Assembly (NCBI GenBank): GCA_046598345.1
Contig: JBKJIT010000003.1
Span: 73,023 to 137,022, forward strand
Reading direction: 5' to 3'
Source of the DNA: Minisyncoccia bacterium
Lineage (GTDB): Bacteria; Patescibacteriota; Minisyncoccia; Phycocordibacterales; UBA918
DNA: 64,000 nt
Shown: positions 38,131-48,956 of the stretch, piece by piece
Position numbering within the stretch: position 1 is the stretch's first letter
Layout: each line of letters opens with the position of its first letter
Notes under the pieces: generated by a model
Told to the model about the DNA's origin: nothing
What the model saw: only the letters and a program-made list of their open reading frames with translations
Database searches by the model: none
Position numbers and translations under genes: made by a program

Positions 38131-38604
38131 ATGCGACGACCAATTAAACGACGACCAGCACTCAAAGGAGACGATAGATTTAATTCAGTAACGGTTTCAC
38201 GCCTCGTAAACTATGTGATGGTTCGTGGACAGAAGGAAACTGCACGAAAGATCGTGTATGCAATGCTTGAGGAAATTAAGAATGCAAAGGAGGGTGGAGG
38301 TGATCCTGTAGAAATTTTGGAAACAGCAATCAGGAATGCCGGTCCCCAGATGGAAGTCCGATCACGACGTGTGGGTGGTGCTAACTATCAGGTGCCACGT
38401 GAAGTTCGCCAAGAGCGACGTCTTGCGCTTGCGTTCCGTTGGATCATTACTGCTGCGAGAGCACAGAAGGCGACTCCAATGTTCAAGGCACTCGCAAATG
38501 AAATTATGGCAGCTGCGCGTGAGGAAGGATCGGCAGTGAAGAAGAAGGAGGATACTCACCGAATGGCAGAAGCCAATCGCGCCTTCGCACACTTCGCTTG
38601 GTAG
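38131..38604 (+). CDS. rpsG: 30S ribosomal protein S7
   Basis: VNYVMVRGQKETARKIVYAMLEEIK...ANYQVPREV..., a canonical uS7. Confidence 0.93.
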   Translation: MRRPIKRRPALKGDDRFNSVTVSRLVNYVMVRGQKETARKIVYAMLEEIKNAKEGGGDPVEILETAIRNAGPQMEVRSRRVGGANYQVPREVRQERRLALAFRWIITAARAQKATPMFKALANEIMAAAREEGSAVKKKEDTHRMAEANRAFAHFAW

Positions 38605-38643
38605 AAACCTAAAAATTCAGCGACTTACTTTGTCGCACTACGA

Positions 38644-38687
38644 AAAAAGACCCTCGCCGTATGTTAAATACGTCTCGGGTCTTTTTT
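38644..38687 (+). terminator. Strong intrinsic terminator immediately after rpsG
   Basis: aaaaagaccctcgccgtatgttaaatacgtctcgggtcttttttc. Confidence 0.7.
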
Positions 38688-38735
38688 CTTGTGCTTCGCG
38701 TAATCCATCTGAATTTCTAGGTTTCTCAATCCAAG

Positions 38736-38764
38736 TTGACCAACTATATAATTAATTGTATAGT
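38736..38764 (+). promoter_or_regulatory. Promoter TTGACC-17-TATAGT for the sigma-r4/alpha-CTD fusion gene
   Basis: The same TTGACCAACT -35 context recurs at 40556. Confidence 0.5.
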
Positions 38765-38839
38765 CCTAAAGTAATTTGATCTTTGTAATCGGCATGTCGC
38801 CAGACCGCTCCTCAGGGAACACTGGGGTTGGAGAGAATA

Positions 38840-39484
38840 GTGAATAAAATATTTGAGGAGTTAGGTCTGTCGACAGAGGAACAAGATGAACTCGGAGAAG
38901 AGTGCCTTTCGCAACTCATGTTCAGGCTTTTAAGTCTCCTTTCTGAGCAGCAGTCGAGAGTCTTGAATGCGTATTTTGGCATGAATAGTCAACATCCTCA
39001 AACCTTGAGGGAGATTGCGAAAGCAATGAATCTTTCAAAGTCACGAGTTGGACAAATCAAACAAAAGGCCATCCGGATACTTCGTCATCCTTCGAGATTT
39101 AAGTTGGCATTGGAGGAAGTAAAGGATTCAAGGTGGAGTAATGAACCTAATCTACTCGTGCGTGAGCTTCGAAGGAGTTTGCTAGAGCTTGAGGCTAAGT
39201 TGGTCGATTCTAATAATCGCTTACAAAAAGCGGAACAAAGAATTGACAGGCTTGAGAGACATCTAAAGCGGCCGGATGTACATCCCTTGTCAGATCAGCC
39301 GTTTGAAGACTTATTCACCGTTCGAACGGCGACTTGCCTGAAGTGTGACGACATCTTGACGATCGGGGATATTTTGAAGCGAAATGAAAGTCAATTGCTC
39401 AGCGTTCCGAATTTAGGGCGTATGGCAGGTGCCGAAATCAAAGCGGTCCTCGCAGAGCGGGGACTTTCTCTCAAAGCAACTTAA
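38840..39484 (+). CDS. Chimeric protein: RpoD-like sigma-70 region 4.2 HTH + coiled-coil linker + RNA polymerase alpha-subunit C-terminal-domain (alphaCTD) homolog
   Basis: N-terminal LSEQQSRVLNAYFGMNSQHPQTLREIAKAMNLSKSRVGQIKQKAIRILRHPSR versus RpoD ...ERIRQIEAKALRKLRHPSR. C-terminal FEDLFTVRTATCLKCDDILTIGDILKRNESQLLSVPNLGRMAGAEIKAVLAERGLSL versus RpoA ...[55 protein letters not shown]. The GTG start at 38840 lies 4 nt after GGAGAG. The longer TTG start at 38828 is possible. Confidence 0.8.
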   Translation: MNKIFEELGLSTEEQDELGEECLSQLMFRLLSLLSEQQSRVLNAYFGMNSQHPQTLREIAKAMNLSKSRVGQIKQKAIRILRHPSRFKLALEEVKDSRWSNEPNLLVRELRRSLLELEAKLVDSNNRLQKAEQRIDRLERHLKRPDVHPLSDQPFEDLFTVRTATCLKCDDILTIGDILKRNESQLLSVPNLGRMAGAEIKAVLAERGLSLKAT

Positions 39485-39510
39485 TAAGTCTCTGAACTCT
39501 TCAGTACTCG

Positions 39511-39550
39511 AACCCGTCGTAAGTGTATGCTTGCGACGGGTTTTCTTTTT
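39511..39550 (+). terminator. Intrinsic terminator after the fusion gene
   Basis: aacccgtcgtaagtgtatgcttgcgacgggttttcttttt. Confidence 0.7.
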
Positions 39551-39577
39551 AATAATGTACCGTGATAGGGTATGTAG

Positions 39578-40222
39578 ATGCAATTTATTCTCCATAACTA
39601 TAGGCGATGTCCGTTTTGTATTCGTACCCGAATTCTTCTCTATCTGAAAAGAATCGAATATGACATTGTCGAGGAGCCGCTTCGGGAGTGGACTCCGTGG
39701 ATGAAAGAGTGGGCGTTTAGAACGGGCGAACGTACGCGTGTGCCCGTGCTTCGTTATGTGCTTGAAGAAGGAGTAGAGAAAGTGATGCCTGAATCAAATG
39801 AGATGAATCTTTTCATTGATAATTCAGATGGTGATCCAAAGTTTACACCGGGAATAGATAGTCCAGGTTATTCTGAAATGCTTGAGTGGTGGAATTGGTG
39901 CGACAAAAAACTGAAACCAATGATTGATCTCTATAAATATGGAGTGAATTTACAATTTGATCCTTTAATTCATCCGCTTCATACTGAAGAATTGCAAAAA
40001 CTCATACAAGTACTTGAAAATCACCTGCAGTCCAGAAAGTTTTTAATTGAAGAGCGACTTACTCTTGCTGATATTGCAATCATTCCGTTTATTCGCCAGA
40101 TCATGCGCACACGCGAAGGTGAGTTTGATTTTACCCCGTACCCTAAAGTGCTTGCATGGGCAAATCAGATTCTTCAAACTGACTGGTTTCAAAACGAAAT
40201 AATGAAAAAGCAACCAAAATAA
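39578..40222 (+). CDS. Glutathione S-transferase / glutaredoxin-2-like thioredoxin-fold protein
   Basis: N-terminal CPFC active-site motif with a downstream VPVL (cis-Pro), then a helical GST_C-like domain. Confidence 0.65.
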   Translation: MQFILHNYRRCPFCIRTRILLYLKRIEYDIVEEPLREWTPWMKEWAFRTGERTRVPVLRYVLEEGVEKVMPESNEMNLFIDNSDGDPKFTPGIDSPGYSEMLEWWNWCDKKLKPMIDLYKYGVNLQFDPLIHPLHTEELQKLIQVLENHLQSRKFLIEERLTLADIAIIPFIRQIMRTREGEFDFTPYPKVLAWANQILQTDWFQNEIMKKQPK

Positions 40223-40223
40223 C

Positions 40224-40544
40224 ATGGGAAAGAAAACGGGTAGAGCGGGAGGAAAATTCGGGGGTGGGCACACTACGGTGATTCCTGCGGCTGGCATTAT
40301 TGCTGATATTGCTCATCAGTGTGCTTCGGTCACAAAGATTTCTCCAGGGTTTATTAAGGGTGGTCTTTCTTCAGTGAAGGGTATTAAACGACTCAAAATA
40401 ACTGATGATGGAGGAAGTATTCTCCTTTCTGTGCGCGACAATATCTCGCATCAAGAATTACGTATCTATACGACTGACATACAAGCGACTCGCAGTTGCA
40501 TCGCAGAGGGTGCCCTCAAGGCCGGGTTTAAGATTTCCAACTAA
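40224..40544 (+). CDS. Hypothetical protein (Gly-rich N-terminus)
   Basis: A 106-aa ORF that starts 1 nt after the GST stop. No recognised motif. Confidence 0.35.
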   Translation: MGKKTGRAGGKFGGGHTTVIPAAGIIADIAHQCASVTKISPGFIKGGLSSVKGIKRLKITDDGGSILLSVRDNISHQELRIYTTDIQATRSCIAEGALKAGFKISN

Positions 40545-40555
40545 GTTTGACCAAC

Positions 40556-40583
40556 TTCTTAAAGGTTGTACAGTACAGGTTGG
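40556..40583 (+). promoter_or_regulatory. Promoter TTGACC-16-TACAGT
   Basis: TTGACCAACT -35 context as at 38736. It precedes the 40638 ORF, which has an AAGGGGATGAG ribosome-binding site. Confidence 0.45.
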
Positions 40584-40637
40584 TGTCTCGAGATTGGATG
40601 TTCGAGATGAGTACAACATGCGAAAGAAGGGGATGAG

Positions 40638-40952
40638 ATGGCTATAAAAGTTGTAGCAGAAAAAGCTGTTGCAGTTTTGGAATTTAAGCCAAACCAGTTT
40701 CAAACGAGGCTCGATCGACTTGCCACTCGTTTTTCTGGAGTTCTGGCAGACCTGCGTGTGCGAATGGTTCAGCAGGTCGGTGAGTGGACCTGGGAGCTCT
40801 TCGGACAGAAGACTAAGCGGGTGGTGGCTCGGATCAGCGTGGCACCAAACCAAGTTGTCGCATATGTGCGAAGGGGACGTTTCCGTCTTCGGAAAGCACT
40901 TCAAGCACTAATTGCCGAGTTTTTTCAGGTGGCAGAATTTAAGCCACTCTAA
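40638..40952 (+). CDS. Hypothetical protein
   Basis: A 104-aa ORF with a good ribosome-binding site, followed by a bidirectional terminator at 40970-40996. Confidence 0.4.
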   Translation: MAIKVVAEKAVAVLEFKPNQFQTRLDRLATRFSGVLADLRVRMVQQVGEWTWELFGQKTKRVVARISVAPNQVVAYVRRGRFRLRKALQALIAEFFQVAEFKPL

Positions 40953-40993
40953 ATCTCAACCTATAGAGGAAAGCCAGCGGCAACGCTGGCTTT

Positions 40994-42001
40994 TTACATG
41001 CTTTTAGGAGTTGGCCGTCTTCCAAGTTTGCGAGCGAATTTGTATACCAGTGCCAGTATGAGAATAAGGAGGCCAAGTTCAAGAAGCGCAGGATGCGCGA
41101 GGATATGTGAGAGGAGCCAAAGAATTACAGTGTATGCGGTGTAGAGGAGTGTCCGCCCTGCTTCTACGACTTGTGTAAAGAAGCTTTTCTCCGAATCCAT
41201 GGACGAGCGCGTGATGGTTGCAGTACCCGTACTCGTATTTCCCTCCGACGTAGATTGTTTGCCAAAGTATTCATCCATTTCATCTTGGCGCGTTTCGCGG
41301 TATGCATCGAGAGAAGTCTTTGACTTGATGATGCGGTCGGTAGCGCGTGAAAACACGGTATGTGTCTTACCTTCACGTAAGTACTGCTCAAGCCCATCTT
41401 CAGTTGCAAGAGTTACAGCAGCCGATTGCCCTGACTCATTACTCTCAGTATTTCTGTCAGTTGCTTTCTCTTCTACTTTTTCTTCAGGTATAGGATTTCC
41501 CACAAGTGGATTTGTACCTCGATTTTTTTCATCCTCGTCAGTGATGGTGTCATTGTCGTCATCGGTATCAGATTCATTTCCAGTGCCGTCTTTGTCAGTG
41601 TCGTAATCAATGCGGAGTGTGTCTTCTGCAATGGTACTTTCTATTTCTCCCGAATTTTCTTCCGCACCGACGACATGGAGCTTTACGTCAGTAAGCGTTG
41701 CGGTAATTTTGTGCTCACCAAAGGTTGGTGTCCAATCCACCCAACCTTCCACAATACGTCCGGGAAGCGCACTCACAACCCTGGTGCCAATCGTCGCGTC
41801 GTTATCGGTAAATCGAATAGTGCCACTTATGTCATGGTCGGTGTTGTTTCGGAGTGCCACATACATACGTGTTGGAACTTCCGCAAAAACAGTTGGGCTC
41901 GAGTACCAGAGTCCCTGCACGAGTCCCGCATTAAGTTCGTTCCCGAGGACAATTCCGGGGAAGAGGAGTATAAACGCACAGATATATAGAATCCGCTGCA
42001 T
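40994..42001 (-). CDS. Surface protein: signal peptide, acidic Ca-binding (thrombospondin-type-3-like D-x-D-x-D-G) repeats, C-terminal TM anchor
   Basis: MQRILYICAFILLFPGIVLG signal peptide. DTDKDGTGNESDTDDDNDTITDEDEKN repeats. C-terminal hydrophobic helices plus a KFARKLGRR stop-transfer. Confidence 0.55.
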   Translation of the reverse strand: MQRILYICAFILLFPGIVLGNELNAGLVQGLWYSSPTVFAEVPTRMYVALRNNTDHDISGTIRFTDNDATIGTRVVSALPGRIVEGWVDWTPTFGEHKITATLTDVKLHVVGAEENSGEIESTIAEDTLRIDYDTDKDGTGNESDTDDDNDTITDEDEKNRGTNPLVGNPIPEEKVEEKATDRNTESNESGQSAAVTLATEDGLEQYLREGKTHTVFSRATDRIIKSKTSLDAYRETRQDEMDEYFGKQSTSEGNTSTGTATITRSSMDSEKSFFTQVVEAGRTLLYTAYTVILWLLSHILAHPALLELGLLILILALVYKFARKLGRRPTPKSM

Positions 42002-42068
42002 ACCCTATAGTATACGTCAGCCTAAAGCTTTTGTTTTTGTCCGAAACTTCCTATACTAGTGCATCACT

Positions 42069-43301
42069 ATGAAATTTCTTCCGTACTGTGAGGAGTGTGG
42101 CGAACTGCGAGTCCCACATCGATTTCTTCGGCTCTCAGATCACCTAGTGACGAATGTGTTTGAAGGCGGTCCTTGGGGACGGGAATTCAAAGCACTTCAT
42201 GGATTTGTAGACACACGCGTGACAAACTTCTTCACTCCAAAGCGAGTCAAAGCACTCGCTCTTTTTACGAGGCGTCTAGGGATCGGTTCCTATTCATTCG
42301 CACCTACAAAAACAGACGACACACGCACACTCGCATTATACGAAGGTGCAGAAAAAACTGGAGTAACACTTCTCACATTCAAGCTTTTTGGCACCACGCT
42401 CTGCTTCGTTGCAGAAAAGGTCTTTCCAGATGGAAAGAAGGAAGAATTAGTTTTCAATCTCATTCCACGACCCAAGAACTTCGAATCGCCATCGCTCGAA
42501 TGGATGGGGGATAAGGCACTTCTTAAGGAAAGGCTCATGCATGCTGGACTGCCGTGTGCAGAAGGCGGAGTAGCAAGTACTGAAGCAGAGGCACTCATGC
42601 TTTTTAGGAAGATTGGTCGGCCAGTAATTACGAAGCCTCATATCGGTAGCCGCGGCCGTCATACGACGCTTGATGTCCGGACTGAAGAAGAGTTGATGCG
42701 AGCGTACCGTATTGCGACTCAAATTACGGATGGAGTTGTGGTTGAGGCCTACCTTAAAGGTACAGTCCACCGAGTGACGCTCGTTGGCGGAAAGCCGGCA
42801 GCTGTGGCGAGGCGTGAATACCCGCATGTGATCGGAGATGGGATGCATTCAGTTGGTGAACTTATCGCAGAGGAGAATGCAAAACCACATCGAAATGGTA
42901 CACATTTCAGACACATTGATACCGAGCACCGCATTCATGCTTCCCTTAAGAAACAAAACCTCACACTCGCCTCAATTCCTGAAGTGGGGGAAATGGTGAT
43001 CCTTAATGATAAAAATAGCCGTCTCCATGGAACCCTTACTGAAGATGTAACTGATACGGTGCACGAAGAAAATCTTGCACTTTTCACGAAGCTCGGAGAC
43101 CTTCTTGGGGATCCTATCGTTGGGGTTGATTTTATGATTACGGACATGAGTCGTTCCTGGAAAGAGCAACCGGACGCCGGGTTTATCGAATGCAACTCAA
43201 TGCCGTTTATTGATGTACACCATCAGGTCGTAAGTGGCCGGCCTATCAACGTGGCGGCACTCCTCTGGAATGAGGTATTTAAAACTCCTGAGTCTATTTG
43301 A
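42069..43301 (+). CDS. ATP-grasp ligase, cyanophycin-synthetase N-terminal-domain-like
   Basis: RPVITKPHIGSRGRHTT...VVVEAYLKGTVHRVTLVGGKPAAVARREYPHVIGDGMHSVGELI...IVGVDFMITDMS. This resembles the CphA ATP-grasp module. There is no Mur-ligase domain. Confidence 0.6.
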   Translation: MKFLPYCEECGELRVPHRFLRLSDHLVTNVFEGGPWGREFKALHGFVDTRVTNFFTPKRVKALALFTRRLGIGSYSFAPTKTDDTRTLALYEGAEKTGVTLLTFKLFGTTLCFVAEKVFPDGKKEELVFNLIPRPKNFESPSLEWMGDKALLKERLMHAGLPCAEGGVASTEAEALMLFRKIGRPVITKPHIGSRGRHTTLDVRTEEELMRAYRIATQITDGVVVEAYLKGTVHRVTLVGGKPAAVARREYPHVIGDGMHSVGELIAEENAKPHRNGTHFRHIDTEHRIHASLKKQNLTLASIPEVGEMVILNDKNSRLHGTLTEDVTDTVHEENLALFTKLGDLLGDPIVGVDFMITDMSRSWKEQPDAGFIECNSMPFIDVHHQVVSGRPINVAALLWNEVFKTPESI

Positions 43302-43360
43302 CGAAGGTAATGAGAAGAGTACACTACGAACAAAGCTCTTCATCAAAATAGGAAACTACC

Positions 43361-44164
43361 ATGGAAAAGTCCAAGTATATTTCAAAGGTTAACGGTCACG
43401 CTCTCGTTCTTGGCGGCTCTGGTGGAATCGGAGCAGAAATTTCGCTCGCATTTGCTGCAAATGGAGTAAAAGCTATTTCATTCACCTATAACCGTAACAA
43501 AAAAGCAGCGGACGCTCTCGCTAAAGAGCTCAAAAAAAATGGGGTGAAAAAGGTCTATTACGACGCTCTAAATCAATCAGACGATGTTGCTGTCGCCCAG
43601 TTCCTCGAGGCTGCGGTTGTGGCAAACGGTTCAGAGATCGAAATTGCCGTAAATGCAGTGGGTGTTTCACCGAATAAGCCACTTGAGAAACAGCGACTCG
43701 AAACCACGGGAGAGGGAACGGACAACATCGGCTGGCGCGAGGTGTTTGAGACTAATGTGTTTGGTTGTTTTGTCTCTACGCGGGCAATCGCCGAGCGCAT
43801 GAAGGCCAAAAAAATTAAGGGGGCAATAACTCTGATCACGTCAACGAACGGTATCAATAGCCATTCCCAAATTTCTGTGCATTACGATGCTTCGAAGGCC
43901 GCACAGTCACACATGATGCGCGTGCTTGCTGAGCACTATGGAAGAAAGTATGAGATTCGTATCAATGGGATTGCTCCAGGGTGGATTGATACTGACATGA
44001 ATAAGTCGCTACCAGTTTCCGAACGCAAAAAGGAAATGAAAAAAATCTGGAGTGGCCGTTTCGCTTTTCCCCATGAGGTCGCAGCCTTTGTGGTATTTAT
44101 CTCCGGAACTGGAGGGAGTTACACATACGGTCAAGACATTATGGTTGATGGAGGATATCGATAG
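43361..44164 (+). CDS. SDR family NAD(P)-dependent oxidoreductase
   Basis: GGSGGIGAEIS (TGxxxGxG) and YDASKAA (YxxxK). Confidence 0.8.
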   Translation: MEKSKYISKVNGHALVLGGSGGIGAEISLAFAANGVKAISFTYNRNKKAADALAKELKKNGVKKVYYDALNQSDDVAVAQFLEAAVVANGSEIEIAVNAVGVSPNKPLEKQRLETTGEGTDNIGWREVFETNVFGCFVSTRAIAERMKAKKIKGAITLITSTNGINSHSQISVHYDASKAAQSHMMRVLAEHYGRKYEIRINGIAPGWIDTDMNKSLPVSERKKEMKKIWSGRFAFPHEVAAFVVFISGTGGSYTYGQDIMVDGGYR

Positions 44165-44200
44165 GCATTAAGAGCGCATAACAGCGCTCTTTCTTTTATA

Positions 44201-44229
44201 TTGCCGAACCTATTTAAATACCGTATAGT
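44201..44229 (+). promoter_or_regulatory. Promoter TTGCCG-17-TATAGT for fusA, followed by a ~190-nt structured leader
   Basis: The leader contains a family 1 repeat copy at 44281-44340. Confidence 0.5.
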
Positions 44230-44280
44230 ATGCGCACTTAGGTGAGAGGTGACCAAATGTCACCTCGCAAGACCTTGTTA

Positions 44281-44340
44281 GATATTTCTTGAGTTTACGA
44301 AAGAAAATATCATCAAGGTGTACTGAACCTGTAAGGTTTG
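44281..44340 (+). repeat. Repeat family 1, copy c2 in the fusA leader: GATATTTC...GAAAATATC stem + CATCAAGGTGTACTGA-ACC-TGTAA-GGT
   Basis: See the family 1 alignment. Confidence 0.65.
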
Positions 44341-44421
44341 GGCCTTTTTATTTTCTTTTGAAGATCGCGGAGGCGCTCCTAAAAAGAGAGGTATTAATTC
44401 ATAATTTAGAACAAAAACATC

Positions 44422-46590
<2,169 letters not shown>

Positions 46591-46591
46591 A

Positions 46592-46625
46592 AGAAAAGAG
46601 CACCGCAAGGTGCTCTTTTCTTTTA
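46592..46625 (+). terminator. Intrinsic terminator after fusA
   Basis: aaaagagcaccgcaaggtgctcttttctttt. Confidence 0.7.
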
Positions 46626-46726
46626 TTACCTCTCATCTGTTACTCCGCGGGCCGAAGGCGAGGGGTGAGGAATGGGATGGGACCCATTCCTCAAGAGGTT
46701 GTCGACAAAATAATCCCACGTCAGCG

Positions 46727-46790
46727 GTTTTATTTTGTCATACAACCTGAACAGCGTCTGTAAGACGGGAAGGATGTTCAGGACGAAGCA
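46727..46790 (+). repeat. Repeat family 1, copy c4: TTATTTTGTCATACAACCTGAACAG-CGTC-TGTAA-GACG, nested in a CCTGAACA/TGTTCAGG stem
   Basis: See the family 1 alignment. Confidence 0.6.
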
Positions 46791-46821
46791 TAAAAAACAC
46801 CCATCGAAGGTGCTTTTTTGT

Positions 46822-47613
46822 TTACTCCCCATTAACCTCAGGAGCTTCCTTCACCGCCTCCAAAACCCTCTCATGACAAAACCCATTTGAGAAGATCATT
46901 CCGTGCGCAATACGATGATCCGGTGAGCCATATACAAGTGGTTTTCCGCCGCAGTCAGTAACTTTGCCGCCGGCTTCTTTCAAAATAATTTCCGGAGCGC
47001 AGACATCCCATTCCCCGAGCGTGCCTCTGGAAAAAAAGAAGTCGCCTTTGTTTTCTGCAATTACTCCCGCTTTTACCCCAATGCTTCCCCGAGGTACTTT
47101 TAGTGCCTGGGTTTTTTCTCTAACCACCTCCATGTACGGGGCAAAGTTGTTTGCACTGCAAAGAAAACGGAGCTGTTCGCCGTGTGCGTCCACCATGAGC
47201 TCGAGCGTGACGCCGTTTCGTACCATGTATGCTCCTCTCCCTTCCTCGGCGTAGTACATAGTGTGAGTGACAGGGACGTAGACCACTCCAAGTATTGGTC
47301 TCCCGTTTTCAATGAGCCCAATCATGACGGAGAAATCTCCGGTTTTCTGTAAAAAATCTTTAGTGCCATCGAGTGGATCGATAATCCAGAGTTGGTCTGG
47401 GTAGGGAAGCGCGATTCCTTCTGCTTCTTCCGAGAGTATTGGAATGCCAGTTGTATTGAGATACTTAAGAATGGTGTCATGGGCAGTTTTGTCCGCAACC
47501 GTAACTGGTGTACCATCCACTTTTGATTCAAAGTCAGTAGTTGCATACAGTGTTAAAACAGCGTCACCGGCTTCCTTGGCGGCTTTTTGGGCCGTTTTGA
47601 GTAGTGGATTCAT
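46822..47613 (-). CDS. Inositol monophosphatase / CysQ-SuhB family phosphatase
   Basis: WIIDPLDGTKDF motif. Confidence 0.8.
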   Translation of the reverse strand: MNPLLKTAQKAAKEAGDAVLTLYATTDFESKVDGTPVTVADKTAHDTILKYLNTTGIPILSEEAEGIALPYPDQLWIIDPLDGTKDFLQKTGDFSVMIGLIENGRPILGVVYVPVTHTMYYAEEGRGAYMVRNGVTLELMVDAHGEQLRFLCSANNFAPYMEVVREKTQALKVPRGSIGVKAGVIAENKGDFFFSRGTLGEWDVCAPEIILKEAGGKVTDCGGKPLVYGSPDHRIAHGMIFSNGFCHERVLEAVKEAPEVNGE

Positions 47614-47710
47614 AGGCTCAGTATATAGACAATTTGCAGTGAATCCAATTATTCGCTTTCGTAATTATTTATTTGTATACTCTCTACAGATTAGTTAAGG
47701 AGAGACAATC

Positions 47711-48226
47711 ATGAATAATGCTGAAACACGCACGTTCAGACTTCTCCAAGCTTTGAAGGAGAAAGGATGGACTGTTGATTTCCTTCAGGCACTCGCTCAT
47801 CAACCATTGTCACCAGGTTTTTCTGATGTACAAGTCGGAAAAGTTCTGTATGTCTCTACCAAAGAAAAAACACTAAATTTCAATCTCCAAGTCAAGGTGA
47901 ATCGGCCACTTAACCGTAAGGCTCGTCGGATCATCCAAAAGCTGGGCATATTTGAACTTCAAAGTGTATGTACTTTTGTTCCGATGCCGGAAGGTTTTAT
48001 TTTGTTTTGGTCTTGTCAGGAGCCACTTCTTTTTCGGGATAGTACGTCGTTGGAAAATTTCGTAACGAAAATTGAAGCCCGCTTTGAATTTGGCCAAGAG
48101 ATGTTGCTACCAAGTCTCCATCTTCTTCGTGAGTGTTATGTGAAAGATCCTCAGTTCAGAGCACTTCACCCTCTAAGCCTGTATGCATTTGCTGTTCACA
48201 TTGACGAAGAAGTAGTTTTACACTAA
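47711..48226 (+). CDS. Hypothetical protein (tandem paralog 1)
   Basis: 171 aa. Weak similarity to the next ORF (LLQALKEKGWTVDFL versus LREVLCDWAQANNWKVDTI). Its own terminator lies at 48226-48252. Confidence 0.45.
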   Translation: MNNAETRTFRLLQALKEKGWTVDFLQALAHQPLSPGFSDVQVGKVLYVSTKEKTLNFNLQVKVNRPLNRKARRIIQKLGIFELQSVCTFVPMPEGFILFWSCQEPLLFRDSTSLENFVTKIEARFEFGQEMLLPSLHLLRECYVKDPQFRALHPLSLYAFAVHIDEEVVLH

Positions 48227-48344
48227 AAAGCCGCGTTCGCGCGGCTTTTTTTAGTAATCCCCTCTCGAGAAAAAATTGCGTCGCAAACTCTATATACTTA
48301 CAGTAGGAATTACCGTAGCGTTCGTTTACATTAAGGAGACGGTC

Positions 48345-48857
48345 ATGCTGCAAACTATCACGGTATTACGAGAAGTGCTGTGTGATTGGGCACAAGCTAA
48401 TAACTGGAAGGTTGACACTATTGGGCTCAGAACATATGCGGATTTAAGAGAGCCGATACTGTCGGACTTACTAGGATATTGTTCTTTTAAATTCTTGCCA
48501 GCAGAGGATCAGCTCAGTGTTCATTTTTCGGTCAAAACACCTGAGTTCTCCATCCCAGAAAGACACTTTCTGGAAAAATACTGCAAAGAGGTTGCTTGCG
48601 CCAGGCAAGTAGAGCTATCCATCGGAGAGAAAAATAACTCACTTGAACTTTGGTGGTGGCCAAATTGGGAAAAGCATTTTGCCACACTTGTTGAGAACGA
48701 TATTCAAAAAGAATTGAATGCGCAAGTGAATTTTGGCAGGTGGATTCTCGTACGCACACTTGCAGATCTTCGATTTTACAATTTACTTAAGGGCGAAGAA
48801 GCGGTAACTCACGCTTCGGCATTAGTCGAGTTTTCAGATTTTTGCCCAGTAAATTGA
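48345..48857 (+). CDS. Hypothetical protein (tandem paralog 2)
   Basis: The start was chosen at MLQTIT, 5 nt after AAGGAGA. Two hairpin terminators follow. Confidence 0.45.
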   Translation: MLQTITVLREVLCDWAQANNWKVDTIGLRTYADLREPILSDLLGYCSFKFLPAEDQLSVHFSVKTPEFSIPERHFLEKYCKEVACARQVELSIGEKNNSLELWWWPNWEKHFATLVENDIQKELNAQVNFGRWILVRTLADLRFYNLLKGEEAVTHASALVEFSDFCPVN

Positions 48858-48956
48858 AAAATCAAAAAAGACCGCGCAGCATTAGCGCGGCTTTTGTTTT
48901 CATAAAAAAAGCGACCCGGATGGGTCGCTGTGCTAGGGAAACATGCTTGCGGGTTA

